This document shows positions 19,973-30,110 of a stretch of DNA of 64,000 nt, in pieces (positions within the stretch are counted from its first letter, which is position 1; each line of letters starts with the position of its first letter). The DNA is from an uncultured Hyphomicrobiales bacterium (GTDB lineage: Bacteria; Pseudomonadota; Alphaproteobacteria; Rhizobiales; Beijerinckiaceae), in contig CAINNX010000087.1 of assembly GCA_903851305.1 (NCBI GenBank), positions 5,169 through 69,168 on the forward strand, in the 5' to 3' direction. A model generated the notes under the pieces. That model did no database searches. It was not told the DNA's origin and saw only the letters and a list, made by a program, of their open reading frames with translations. The position numbers and the translations under genes are program-made.

Positions 19973-20140
19973 AAGAAACCCTGCTGGATGGTGCGAGCTT
20001 GGACCGGACAGGCCCATAACGAGTCACGCCGATTCACGAGGCGTGATGCACCATAGCCTAGGGGCGGCGCAACAGGGAACAGATGTGGAACGGGATTATT
20101 TCACAGAGTGTCCATTTTTGTCGCCTGAATGCTTGGCGAG

Positions 20141-20485
20141 CTATTTATGCCCCAGCTCAAGGATAAAGGCCGTCAGCGCATCGATTTGGCCTGTCTCTAG
20201 AATGAGATCAGGCATGTTGCGGTGAGGGCTTTTTAGAAAGACATGCAGTGAGAGGGCCGTTGTCGAGGGCATGGCCCCGATCCGCGCGAAATCAGGGGGC
20301 GGGGCGTCGGACCGCGTCTGCCCCCCGAATGTGTGGCAATCCGCACAAAGCGATTGCGCCAGCAGGCGGCCTTGCTGAACCAGCTGGGCGTCTTGCGCCG
20401 CCTTCGCGCCTGATGGCGGTAGCATCAGGCTCGCGAGCGCGAGGCTGGTGATACGAAGGGAGGCGCTGAAACCCATGGCCGTCAT
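20141..20485 (-). CDS. Small periplasmic class I c-type cytochrome
   Basis: Signal peptide, heme motif CADCH, and a distal Met in HRNMP. Confidence 0.85.
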   Translation of the reverse strand: MTAMGFSASLRITSLALASLMLPPSGAKAAQDAQLVQQGRLLAQSLCADCHTFGGQTRSDAPPPDFARIGAMPSTTALSLHVFLKSPHRNMPDLILETGQIDALTAFILELGHK

Positions 20486-20503
20486 CCTTGCTGGAGAGCA
20501 GGC

Positions 20504-20869
20504 TCAAACTTTTTGAGGCGTCTTGTGGTCTTGGTTTTCGAAATAATGGCGTGCGTGAGAGACAATCTGCGCATCGGTGGGGTGATCGGCTGATTCAACG
20601 CCTACCACACGCGCCAGAAGCGGCGCATCATGGCGCGCAATATGTTTCAGCAGGGCTGTCTTTGTATAAGACGGACCCGTGATGAGCACTTCGCCAGCAT
20701 CAGTGAAAGATTTTACGACCGCATGAAAGAAAGCCTCATCTGTATGGTGCTTTTCTGCATGTTTGGGATGATGGGCCAGCAAGGTCAGTTTTTCAGCGCT
20801 GTCAGCGTTGAAATGAAAAATCTTAGCCTGTGTGTGATCAATCCAGACGACGGCATGAAAATGCGACAT
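20504..20869 (-). CDS. Small eRF1/Pelota-like-domain protein (commonly annotated translational machinery protein)
   Basis: HAVVWIDH...AKIFHF, VLITGP...KTAL and GVESADHPTDAQIV match my recollection of this family. GGAGA RBS before ATG 20869. Confidence 0.6.
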   Translation of the reverse strand: MSHFHAVVWIDHTQAKIFHFNADSAEKLTLLAHHPKHAEKHHTDEAFFHAVVKSFTDAGEVLITGPSYTKTALLKHIARHDAPLLARVVGVESADHPTDAQIVSHARHYFENQDHKTPQKV

Positions 20870-20922
20870 CAGCTTTCTCCTTTTGGTTGGGATCACTGTG
20901 ACGCGGTTGTGGCAGATCCGCA

Positions 20923-20936
20923 TTGACGGGGATCAA
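20923..20936. promoter_or_regulatory. FNR/FixK box
   Basis: TTGAC-GGGG-ATCAA fits the TTGAY-N4-RTCAA consensus. It lies 54 bp upstream of ATG 20869 and just beyond the glnA terminator. Confidence 0.75.
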
Positions 20937-20967
20937 CACTCAAAATTCGGGCTAAGCCTTTATGGGC

Positions 20968-20996
20968 AAAAAAAGGCCCGGATTGCTCCGGGCCTT
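20968..20996 (-). terminator. Rho-independent terminator of glnA
   Basis: Stem GGCCCGGA-GCAA-TCCGGGCC followed by T7 on the minus strand. Confidence 0.85.
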
Positions 20997-21020
20997 GCTG
21001 TTTCTTGTCCCTGCGGAAAA

Positions 21021-22430
21021 TCAGCAGGAATAATACATGTCGAATTCGACCGGATGCGGGGTCATTTCGAAGCGCATGACTTCCTGCATCTTCAGCTCGA
21101 TGAAGCTGTCGATGAAGTCGTCGTTGAACACGCCGCCCGACTTCAGGAAGGTGCGGTCCTTGTCGAGGTTCGACAGAGCTTCACGCAGCGAGCCGCAAAC
21201 GGTCGGGATCTTCTTCAATTCCTTCGGCGGCAGATCGTAGAGATCCTTGTCCATGGCAGCGCCCGGATCAATCTTGTTCTGGATACCGTCGAGACCGGCC
21301 ATCAGCATGGCAGCAAAGGCGAGATAGGGGTTCGCCGTCGGATCGGGGAAGCGCACTTCCACGCGCTTGGCCTTCGGGTTTGACGTGTAGGGGATACGGC
21401 ATGAGGCCGAACGGTTGCGCGCCGAATAGGCGAGCAGAACGGGGGCTTCATAGCCGGGCACCAGACGCTTGTAGGAATTGGTCGACGGATTGGTGAAAGC
21501 GTTGAGCGCCTTCGCATGCTTGATGATGCCACCGATGTACCACAGGCATTCCTGGCTGAGATCAGCATATTTATTGCCAGCCATGACTGGCTTGCCGGCC
21601 TTCCAGATCGACTGGTGGACATGCATGCCCGAACCATTGTCGCCGAAGACGGGCTTGGGCATGAAGGTCGCCGACTTGCCATAGCTCTGTGCAACCTGAT
21701 GGATGCAGTATTTATAGACCTGCATATGGTCAGCCATTGTGGTCAATGTGCCGAACTTGAGACCCAGTTCGTGCTGCGCGGAGGCGACTTCGTGATGGTG
21801 CTTTTCAACGACAGCGCCCATCGACTGCATGGCAGCCAGCATTTCGCCGCGCATGTCCTGCGCAGAATCGACCGGAGGAACCGGGAAATAGCCGCCCTTG
21901 GTGCGCACGCGGTGGCCAAGATTGCCGCCGTCATACTGCGTATCCATGTTGGTAGGCAGTTCGATATTGTCGAGCACAAAACCCGTATTGTAGGGGTCTG
22001 ATGCAAAGCGCACGTCGTCGAACACGAAGAATTCTGCTTCTGGGCCGACATAGATTGTGTCGCCGATACCTGTCGACTTGAGATAGGCTTCGGCCTTCTT
22101 GGCAATGCCACGCGGATCGCGGTTGTAGGGCTCGCCAGTGGATGGTTCCAACACGTCACACGTGATGACCATTGTGGACGCGGCAAAGAATGGGTCCATG
22201 CAGGCCGAGGTCGGATCCGGCAGAAGCGTCATGTCGGATTCATTGATGGCCTTCCAGCCCGCAATCGACGAACCGTCGAACATCGTGCCTTCGGTGAACA
22301 TCTCTTCGTCGACGAGCGACTGATCAAAGGTGACATGCTGCCACTTGCCACGCGGGTCAGTGAAACGCAGATCGACGTATTTGACGTCGTTGTCCTTGAT
22401 CGCCTTGAGGACGTCCTTGGCGGTCTTCAT
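21021..22430 (-). CDS. glnA: Glutamine synthetase type I
   Basis: [35 protein letters not shown] and the adenylylation-site region DKDLYDLP. Confidence 0.98.
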   Translation of the reverse strand: MKTAKDVLKAIKDNDVKYVDLRFTDPRGKWQHVTFDQSLVDEEMFTEGTMFDGSSIAGWKAINESDMTLLPDPTSACMDPFFAASTMVITCDVLEPSTGEPYNRDPRGIAKKAEAYLKSTGIGDTIYVGPEAEFFVFDDVRFASDPYNTGFVLDNIELPTNMDTQYDGGNLGHRVRTKGGYFPVPPVDSAQDMRGEMLAAMQSMGAVVEKHHHEVASAQHELGLKFGTLTTMADHMQVYKYCIHQVAQSYGKSATFMPKPVFGDNGSGMHVHQSIWKAGKPVMAGNKYADLSQECLWYIGGIIKHAKALNAFTNPSTNSYKRLVPGYEAPVLLAYSARNRSASCRIPYTSNPKAKRVEVRFPDPTANPYLAFAAMLMAGLDGIQNKIDPGAAMDKDLYDLPPKELKKIPTVCGSLREALSNLDKDRTFLKSGGVFNDDFIDSFIELKMQEVMRFEMTPHPVEFDMYYSC

Positions 22431-22564
22431 GGTCAAAGTCCCTCTTCTTCAGGTGAGTAGATGCCGTGACGCCGGTTTGCGTTTTGGCTGTTTTTAAAAG
22501 TCCCGCCAAACATGGGCTTGGCAGGAAGTGTGGGTCAGGTTGATCATTCAGGCTGGCCTGAATG

Positions 22565-22981
<417 letters not shown>

Positions 22982-23161
22982 TCAGCCTCATTAGCACCCA
23001 CCATGGGTAGGCGCCATGCCCAATCTGCTGGTGTCAGATCAGTCCCGAGACCGGACAAGGTGACTATAAAACGATCTGATCTGAGGGGTCATGCCCAAAC
23101 TTGGAGGAATATGTGCACAAATGTCTGATCAGCGCCTACTCCGGCGCATCAGGCACGCGGA

Positions 23162-24013
23162 TTAATCGCCTGTGGCGATAGGCGGCCCATCTGGTTTGCC
23201 CCAATCCGCCCAAGACCCATCATAAAGCGCGCCGGGCTTTTGACCCGCGACCGTCAGCGCCAAGGTGATGATAGCCGCCGAGACGCCCGAGCCACAGGAG
23301 GTGATCACCCTCTGGTTGGGAGTGATCCCCAATGCGGAGAAGACACTGTTTAATTGCTCAGGGCTCTTCATGCGGCCATTTTCCAGCAGGGCTGAGAAGG
23401 GTAGGTTTTTGGAGCCCGGCATATGGCCCGCACGCAGGCCCGGGCGGGGCTCCGCCACATCTCCACGAAAACGATCAGCCGGACGTGCGTCAAGAACGGT
23501 AGCCGTTTGAGTTGTGAGCGCGTGTTGCACATCGCTCATAGAGGCAAGCACGGAATGATCAAGGCGTGCATTAAAATGGACGGGCGCGCGTTTGGCTTCG
23601 CCATCCTCCAGCGGGCGGTTTTCAGCTTTCCATTTTGGCAGGCCGCCATCCAGCACATGCACCTCGCGTGCGCCGAATGTTTTCAGCATCCACCAGATGC
23701 GCGGGGCCGAAAACAAACCGAGCCCGTCATAGACGACAATCTGCGCGCCGTCATTGATGCCGAGCTGGCGCATGGCGCTCGCAAATTCAGTGGGCTGCGG
23801 CATCATATGTGGCAGATCGGTTGCATGTGACGAGATCGCATCGAGATCAAAAAAGACGGCGCCCGGAATATGGCCGTCCAGATATTCTTGGTGAGGATTG
23901 CGATTGAGCGCATGCAAATACCAAGACCCATCGATGATCACGAGTCCCGGCGTGCCGAGCTTATCGGCAAGCCATTGTGTCGAGACGAGCGGCGCAGGCG
24001 GGTGATCAGTCAT
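23162..24013 (-). CDS. sseA: 3-mercaptopyruvate sulfurtransferase
   Basis: Tandem rhodanese with GHIPGA, active site CGSGVSA, and LYDGSW. Confidence 0.92.
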   Translation of the reverse strand: MTDHPPAPLVSTQWLADKLGTPGLVIIDGSWYLHALNRNPHQEYLDGHIPGAVFFDLDAISSHATDLPHMMPQPTEFASAMRQLGINDGAQIVVYDGLGLFSAPRIWWMLKTFGAREVHVLDGGLPKWKAENRPLEDGEAKRAPVHFNARLDHSVLASMSDVQHALTTQTATVLDARPADRFRGDVAEPRPGLRAGHMPGSKNLPFSALLENGRMKSPEQLNSVFSALGITPNQRVITSCGSGVSAAIITLALTVAGQKPGALYDGSWADWGKPDGPPIATGD

Positions 24014-24025
24014 GACAGATCTCGC

Positions 24026-25057
24026 TTATAGAAAGTCGGGGCGAATGGAGGATGTGCGCTCCAACCATTGCGGCACAGGCAGATTCTTCTCACGCAGGAA
24101 TGCGGGATTATAAAGTTTCGATGCATAACGCGCGCCACCATCACATAAAATGGTCACGATCGTGTGGCCTGGCCCCATCTCCTTGGCCAGACGCATAGCG
24201 CCCGCAATATTGATGGCAGCCGAGCCGCCCAACAACATGCCTTCTTGCTCAGCCAGATCAAACAGAATGGGAAGAGCGTCTTCATCGGTTATCTGGAAGG
24301 CCATATCAATCGGCGCGTCTTCCAGATTAGCGGTGATGCGACCTTGGCCGATGCCCTCGGTGATGGACGAGCCTTCCGCCTTCAGACTGCCATGCGCATA
24401 ATAATGATAAAGAGCGGCACCCATCGGATCGCTCAACGCGATTTTGATATTCTTGTTGCGCTCTTTCAGCGCCATGCCAACACCAGCCAGTGTGCCGCCC
24501 GTACCGACCGCGCAGGTGAACCCGTCGACCTTGCCATCCGTCTGGGTAAAGATTTCAGGGCCTGTCGTTTCATAATGGCCACGGCGATTGGCGATATTGT
24601 CGAATTGATTGGCCCAGATTGCCCCTTGTGGATGCTCCATGGCCAGACGCTCGGCAAGGCGGCCTGAGATTTTCACGTAATTGTTCGGATTCGAATAGGG
24701 CACAGCCGGGACTTCGATCAGCTCTGCGCCTTGCAGGCGCAGCATGTCCTTCTTTTCCTGCGACTGCGTGTCGGGGATGACGATAACAGTCTTGAAGCCC
24801 AAAGCATTGGCGACCAGGGCCAGACCGATGCCGGTATTGCCCGCCGTGCCTTCCACGATTAGCCCGCCGGGGTTGAGCAGGCCTTTGGCCATGGCATCGC
24901 GCACAATGGCCAGAGCCGCGCGATCCTTGACCGATCCACCCGGATTCATGAATTCGGCTTTGCCAAGGATGGTGCAGCCGGTGGCCTCCGAGGCATGGCG
25001 CAGCTTGATCAGGGGCGTGTTGCCAATGGCGGCGAGGACGTCGGAGGCGGTCTTCAT
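24026..25057 (-). CDS. cysK: Cysteine synthase A-family protein (O-acetylserine thiol-lyase)
   Basis: IGNTPL, KAEFMNPGGSVKDR, TAGNTG and GTGGT motifs. Confidence 0.88.
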   Translation of the reverse strand: MKTASDVLAAIGNTPLIKLRHASEATGCTILGKAEFMNPGGSVKDRAALAIVRDAMAKGLLNPGGLIVEGTAGNTGIGLALVANALGFKTVIVIPDTQSQEKKDMLRLQGAELIEVPAVPYSNPNNYVKISGRLAERLAMEHPQGAIWANQFDNIANRRGHYETTGPEIFTQTDGKVDGFTCAVGTGGTLAGVGMALKERNKNIKIALSDPMGAALYHYYAHGSLKAEGSSITEGIGQGRITANLEDAPIDMAFQITDEDALPILFDLAEQEGMLLGGSAAINIAGAMRLAKEMGPGHTIVTILCDGGARYASKLYNPAFLREKNLPVPQWLERTSSIRPDFL

Positions 25058-25135
25058 AGGAGTGAACTCGGCCAAATTGATGAGGAAAGTGACATAATTT
25101 GATCACATGTCGGCTGACAAAGCACTTGGGTCAAG

Positions 25136-25162
25136 TGATCTGGTATGTAGAATGGAGCGTAA
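25136..25162 (+). promoter_or_regulatory. Candidate sigmaE (RpoE/ChrR, ECF11-type) promoter of chrR
   Basis: TGATCT-N16-CGTAA, compared with my recollection of the consensus TGATCC-N16-CGTA. Confidence 0.6.
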
Positions 25163-25270
25163 CGCCCATGAATTCATTGGCTTGATTTGGTCAGTGGTGA
25201 TGAGGCTGGCGCGAGGGCGCTTGATCGGATCGCGCAAAGCGGACGGTCACGAGACGGGCAGGGGCTTGAT

Positions 25271-25945
25271 TTGAAACGCGAGACCATTGGTTCTGAGGGC
25301 CGGGGCGAGGCTGTTGATGCGCTTCTGGCCGCCTATGGCGCCGGTTCACTTGATCCGAGTCTGCATGCACTTGTTGCCTCCCACCTCATCCTGAAGCCCG
25401 ATTCCCGCCGTTTCGTTGCAGCTCTTGAAAATTTGGCTGGCACTGAGCTTGCCCAGCTGGAGCCTACCCCCCTGTCGCGCCGTGATGAGCGTTTGGCCGC
25501 CATTTTTGATGCTGAGCCTGCACCGCGCAAGCCTGTTGCCCCTCTGGTTTATGGGTCGGATATTCTGCCCCCGCCGCTGCGCAATTATCTGGGACGCGGC
25601 CTCAATGACATTCGCTGGCGCACCAAAATCCCCGGCGTGAAAGAATTCCGCATCGAAGATACAGGCCGAGGCGATGCGAGCCTTCTTTGGGTGCGCGCTG
25701 GCCGCCGCATGCCCTCGCATACGCATGAAGGCTCAGAAGTAACCCTTGTTTTGCAAGGCGGCTTTTCGGACGTGACCGGCCATTATGGTCGTGGCGATAT
25801 TGCCATTGCTGAGGCTGATCTTGATCACAAGCCTGTCGCGGATGCGGGCGAAGATTGCTTGTGCTTTGCAGTGACCGATGCCCCCCTTCATTTGACCGGG
25901 CCTTTTGGTCGCGTGCTTGAGCGACTGTTTGGAGACAAGCGCTGA
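25271..25945 (+). CDS. chrR: ChrR-family anti-sigma factor with C-terminal cupin domain
   Basis: DALLAAYGAGSL...HL N-terminal domain and cupin PSHTHEGSEVTLVLQGGFSD...HKP...DCLC. Start is uncertain (TTG 25271 or TTG 25187). Confidence 0.85.
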   Translation: MKRETIGSEGRGEAVDALLAAYGAGSLDPSLHALVASHLILKPDSRRFVAALENLAGTELAQLEPTPLSRRDERLAAIFDAEPAPRKPVAPLVYGSDILPPPLRNYLGRGLNDIRWRTKIPGVKEFRIEDTGRGDASLLWVRAGRRMPSHTHEGSEVTLVLQGGFSDVTGHYGRGDIAIAEADLDHKPVADAGEDCLCFAVTDAPLHLTGPFGRVLERLFGDKR

Positions 25946-26715
25946 TCCCCTATCGCGCCAAACCTGCAGATGGTCTGGCGCTCATCACCGGTGCCAGCTC
26001 AGGCATTGGTGCAGAAGTGGCCCGTCAGCTGGCTGCTCAGGGTTTCAAAGTTGTCGCCATCGCAAGGCGCGCAGACGAGCTGTCCAAACTTGCATCGGAA
26101 GCCTCAGGTGGCCGGATCATCCCTTTGCCGGGTGATGTGACCGACCGCAATGCCATGCGTGAGCTGGTTGAGCAGGTCGAGCGCGAGCACGGCGCCATTG
26201 CTTTGGCTTTTCTCAACGTCGGCACGTATTTTCCCGATAGCGATGATGACATAGGTGGCGATGGATTTCGCAAGACCTTTGCTGTCAATCTGGATGGCAC
26301 AGTCAATCTGATTGGTCCGCTGGTGCGCGCCATGAAGGCGCGCGGGCGCGGACAGATTGCGGTCAATGCGTCTGTTGCGGGCTATGGTGGCTTGCCGCAG
26401 GCGATTGCTTATTCCGCCTCCAAGTCGGCGCTGATTGCCATGTGCGAGGCGCTGAAGTTCGATCTGGATCGGCTCGGTATTACCATTCAGCTCGTGTGCC
26501 CCGGTTTTGTGAAAACGCCGCTCACCGACAAGAATGATTTTCCAATGCCGTTCCTGATTTCTGTTGAGGAAGCAGGACAACGCATTGTGGATGGCTTTCA
26601 GCACGGTGGGTTTGAAATCGCTTTCCCTAAGCGCATGGCTTGGATGTTGAAATTCATCAACATGCTGCCTTATTCGGTTTATTTCTGGCTGGTGGGTAAA
26701 AGCACGGGGCGCTAG
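25942..26715 (+). CDS. Short-chain dehydrogenase/reductase, apparent CTG start
   Basis: Rossmann motif TGASSGIG lies upstream of the first canonical start (26017). Catalytic YSASK and CPGFVKT present. CTG 25942 overlaps the chrR TGA and has GGAG 7 nt upstream. Confidence 0.82.
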   Translation: MIPYRAKPADGLALITGASSGIGAEVARQLAAQGFKVVAIARRADELSKLASEASGGRIIPLPGDVTDRNAMRELVEQVEREHGAIALAFLNVGTYFPDSDDDIGGDGFRKTFAVNLDGTVNLIGPLVRAMKARGRGQIAVNASVAGYGGLPQAIAYSASKSALIAMCEALKFDLDRLGITIQLVCPGFVKTPLTDKNDFPMPFLISVEEAGQRIVDGFQHGGFEIAFPKRMAWMLKFINMLPYSVYFWLVGKSTGR

Positions 26716-28028
26716 CGCGCTTCAATTTGCGCGCGCAGATCGGCTTGCATCTGCGCATCAACCGGAAAACGCCACATGAGTGCTGCAGCCCCGATCTTTA
26801 GAACAATCGGCAGACCTGCGTAGAGAAAGCCCAGCATCACCAGCCCGGCATCGCTGCGCAGTCCCGCACCGGGATCAAATCCAGTTGCGCCCAACAGCGG
26901 GAAGGCAACGCCCACCGCAAGGGCGAGTGCGAGTTTTGTCGCCAATCCCCAAGCGGCAAAATAAAGCCCTGAGCGTTGCTCGCCAGTGGTGGCAGTATCG
27001 ACATCAATCACATCGGCCTGGATGGCGGGCGGCAAGACGAGATCGGCGCCCAGTGCCAACCCTGTGCCAATACAAACAGCAGCAAACAGCGCCACATCAC
27101 CCGCGCACAGAAACGGCGCTGGCGCAAAGCACAGGCAGGCGAGTGCCATGCCGAGGCACCACGCAACATGTTTGGACGTTTTGCGCGCGAGCCAGAGCCA
27201 GAAGGGCACGCCGGCAAGCCCACACAGAAAATATAAAACCAGCAGGGGACCGGCCATCGCCGCTGCTTCCAGTTTCTCGCTCACATAGAAGAGAAACAAA
27301 GTGGCGGGAAAGCCATTGGCAAAGCCGTTCAGCAGAAAGGCAAAGATAAGCCGGATGAAGGGCCGGTTGGCCACAAGCTGCGCCAAACTTTCGCGCAAGG
27401 GCAGGGGCTTTTTGGAATGATCTCGAGGCTCAGCGACTCGCGCCACACAAAAGAGTGACGCGATCGGCAGCGTGATCAAAGTGAACAGGCCAAGCGCAAA
27501 CAGCACGGCACCTTCGCCCGCAAATCCGGCCATCGGGACGAGCGCTTGGGCAAACAGCGCGAGCAGAGTGCCGACCAGCGCGAAGGTTTCGCGCCAAGCG
27601 GTGACGCGCGCGCGCCCCGCATAATCAGTGGCAAGCTCCGCGCCCCAGGCCGCGTAAGGCACCAGCACGGCGGTCGAGGCGACCGACAGAATGACGCCCC
27701 AGAAGGTGAGATAGAACAGGCCCGCATCGGCGGGCGGCGTGAAGACCAGAAATGTGCCCAGAGCCGTGGGCAGGCTCGCCAGCAAAACCCAGATGCGCCG
27801 TCGCCCGAACGCGGGCTTCCAGCGGTCAACAAACAGACCTGTCAGCGGATCGGCCAAAGCATCAATGATGCGCACCGCCAGCAAAGCAGAGCCGACCGAT
27901 GCGATGGGCAGCATCAGCTCACGCGCATAGAACGCTGGCACCAGAACATAAAGCGGTAGCGTGAGAAGCGCCAAAGGCAGCGCGGGGAGCGCATAGGCTG
28001 CGAGCTCTCCCGTGCGTGTTGGGCGCAT
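26712..28028 (-). CDS. MFS transporter, MelB/GPH-like
   Basis: About 12 hydrophobic helices. RIIDALADPLTG, FGRRR and ADVIDVD...EQRSGLYF motifs. Confidence 0.85.
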   Translation of the reverse strand: MRPTRTGELAAYALPALPLALLTLPLYVLVPAFYARELMLPIASVGSALLAVRIIDALADPLTGLFVDRWKPAFGRRRIWVLLASLPTALGTFLVFTPPADAGLFYLTFWGVILSVASTAVLVPYAAWGAELATDYAGRARVTAWRETFALVGTLLALFAQALVPMAGFAGEGAVLFALGLFTLITLPIASLFCVARVAEPRDHSKKPLPLRESLAQLVANRPFIRLIFAFLLNGFANGFPATLFLFYVSEKLEAAAMAGPLLVLYFLCGLAGVPFWLWLARKTSKHVAWCLGMALACLCFAPAPFLCAGDVALFAAVCIGTGLALGADLVLPPAIQADVIDVDTATTGEQRSGLYFAAWGLATKLALALAVGVAFPLLGATGFDPGAGLRSDAGLVMLGFLYAGLPIVLKIGAAALMWRFPVDAQMQADLRAQIEAR

Positions 28029-28029
28029 G

Positions 28030-29277
28030 TCAGTTTTTGGCAAAAGTCATTTGCCGCACATCAATCGTTCCTGCGCGAAAACCAGCTTCGCAATAGGCGA
28101 GGTAATATTCCCACAACCGGCGGAAATGTTCATCAAAGCCCATCGGTGTCAGTTGCGGCCAGGCGCTGCGGAAGCGATCACGCCAATGGGCGAGGGTCAC
28201 CGCATAATCAAGACCAAAGGCGCGTTCTGAGGAAAGTTCAAGACCGTGCTTTTGTCCCATGTCGCGCATGATAGTGGGGGTCGGCAACATGCCGCCGGGG
28301 AAAATATAGCGGCGGATGAAATCGATTTCGCGCTTGTAGGAGGAGAAAAGCTCCTCCTGAATGGTGATGACCTGCACGCCGGCCTTGCCGCCATCTTTGA
28401 GGCGATCGCGCAATTGGCTGAAATAAGTTGGCCAATATTCTTCGCCCACCGCCTCAAACATTTCAATCGAGACAATGCGGTCGAATGTGCCCTTCTCGTC
28501 GCGATAGTCGAGCATTTTGATCTCGACGCGATCTGACAGACCCGCTTTGCGCATGCGCTCGGTGGCAAAATCAAATTGCTCTTTGCTGATCGTGAGACCT
28601 GTGACACGCGCACCAATATCGCGGGCTGCATATTCGGCAAAACCACCCCAGCCACAACCGATTTCCAAAACATGGTGGCCTGCCTGCAAATCAATGTCGC
28701 GTGCAAGAGCGGCATATTTCTCGCGTTGGCCCTGTGCGAGGTCTTGGTTGTCGTGTGTGAAGAGCGCCGATGAATAGGTCATCGTCGTATCTAGCCAGGC
28801 GGAATAGAATTTGTTGCCCAGATCGTAATGAGCATGAATGTTGCGGCGTGAGCCCGACTTGGTGTTACGGTTGCGCCAATGTCGGAAACGCTGGAAGAGA
28901 CGCGCCAGCTGCTTGCCGTCCAGCAATTTATGGATAACGGGCTGGTTCACGCAAAACAGTTGCAGAAAATGTGTCAGATTCGGGCTTTCCCAATGTCCTT
29001 TGAGAAATGCTTCCGCCACGCCGACTTCGCCTTGCGAGGCAATGTCAGAAGCAAAGCTTAGATTGTTCACTATCATCACAGCTTCGGGGCCTGACAGGCG
29101 GCCCTGAAAGCGCAGCAGATGATTGTTTGGCATGTGCACGTCGAGCCGCCCGCGCTCCAGCATCAGGCAGAAGTCGAGCGCACGGCGCACCACAAAAGGA
29201 TAGTGTGCTGCGATTTGCGCAATATTGTGCTGGTCGACCAGAATATATTCCTGCGCGTTGGATGGGGCGCTCGTCAT
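28030..29277 (-). CDS. Cyclopropane-fatty-acyl synthase-family methyltransferase (CfaS/UfaM-like)
   Basis: NIHAHYDLGN, TYSSA, VLEIGCGWGG, SIEMFEAVG and YIFPGG motifs. Confidence 0.9.
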   Translation of the reverse strand: MTSAPSNAQEYILVDQHNIAQIAAHYPFVVRRALDFCLMLERGRLDVHMPNNHLLRFQGRLSGPEAVMIVNNLSFASDIASQGEVGVAEAFLKGHWESPNLTHFLQLFCVNQPVIHKLLDGKQLARLFQRFRHWRNRNTKSGSRRNIHAHYDLGNKFYSAWLDTTMTYSSALFTHDNQDLAQGQREKYAALARDIDLQAGHHVLEIGCGWGGFAEYAARDIGARVTGLTISKEQFDFATERMRKAGLSDRVEIKMLDYRDEKGTFDRIVSIEMFEAVGEEYWPTYFSQLRDRLKDGGKAGVQVITIQEELFSSYKREIDFIRRYIFPGGMLPTPTIMRDMGQKHGLELSSERAFGLDYAVTLAHWRDRFRSAWPQLTPMGFDEHFRRLWEYYLAYCEAGFRAGTIDVRQMTFAKN

Positions 29278-29282
29278 TATGT

Positions 29283-30110
29283 TCAAAGGCGTGCATCCGG
29301 CATTGTGTTGGGCTGGGAATTTGGAAAGCTCAGGGGCGAAGGTGGCGAGGGACGCGTTTTGATTCGCAATCCTTTCACATAAAGCCGCAAAGCTTCCCAA
29401 TGGATGGCCGTCACCACTTTGAAGGTGAGTAATGGCATGGCGAGAAAAAGCGTCAGAATATTTTGTGCTGTTGGTGCAAGTCGGCGACCATTGAAGGTGG
29501 CGGCCAAAATAGGTCCGGTTGCATCGGTTTCCAGAATCCGAACTTTCAACTCATCGCCGGGTGGTTGCAGGCGGAAGTGATAGCGCATGTCCATATCTAG
29601 AAAGGGCGAGACGTAAAAAAGCTTGTCGCGTTGCTGGCGCACGCTGTCAGCTTTTTTCTCACCGGCCACAATGGGGGCCACGTAGGTATGAGCCTCGCCA
29701 AACGTGTTACGCACTTCATAGATAAGCGCACACAGATCATCGGCTTCATCATAGCAATAGTAGATGGCCAGCGGATTGAAGGTGAAGCCCAGTATGCGTG
29801 GGTAGCACATGAGCAAAATGCGTTTGGCGCGAACAAGGCCCGCTTTTGTCAGCACAGTATCTATGTAGGTGCGCAAGTTTGAGCCATCGCGGGGCCCGTG
29901 ATCCTTTTGGCAAAAGGAGATCAGGTTCCAGCGATCAGTTGAAAAGAAAGACGAGTTGCTTCCTGCTTCTGCGATGCGGTCTAGATCAATCAGGATGGAA
30001 AACACTTGATAGGTGAAGCGATGCACAACTGGCTTCATGCGCGCATGCATGACGGGCCCGCGATAAAGCGAGAGCGCTGTGTCAGGTGGTGCAAAGGCAG
30101 TTGAGCTCAC
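29283..30110 (-). CDS. DUF1365-family protein (UfaO-like)
   Basis: VMHAR..P..HRFTY, PRILGFTFNPL, YEVRNTFGE, FYVSPF and IHWEALRL motifs. GTGA overlap with the upstream gene. Confidence 0.88.
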   Translation of the reverse strand: MSSTAFAPPDTALSLYRGPVMHARMKPVVHRFTYQVFSILIDLDRIAEAGSNSSFFSTDRWNLISFCQKDHGPRDGSNLRTYIDTVLTKAGLVRAKRILLMCYPRILGFTFNPLAIYYCYDEADDLCALIYEVRNTFGEAHTYVAPIVAGEKKADSVRQQRDKLFYVSPFLDMDMRYHFRLQPPGDELKVRILETDATGPILAATFNGRRLAPTAQNILTLFLAMPLLTFKVVTAIHWEALRLYVKGLRIKTRPSPPSPLSFPNSQPNTMPDARL

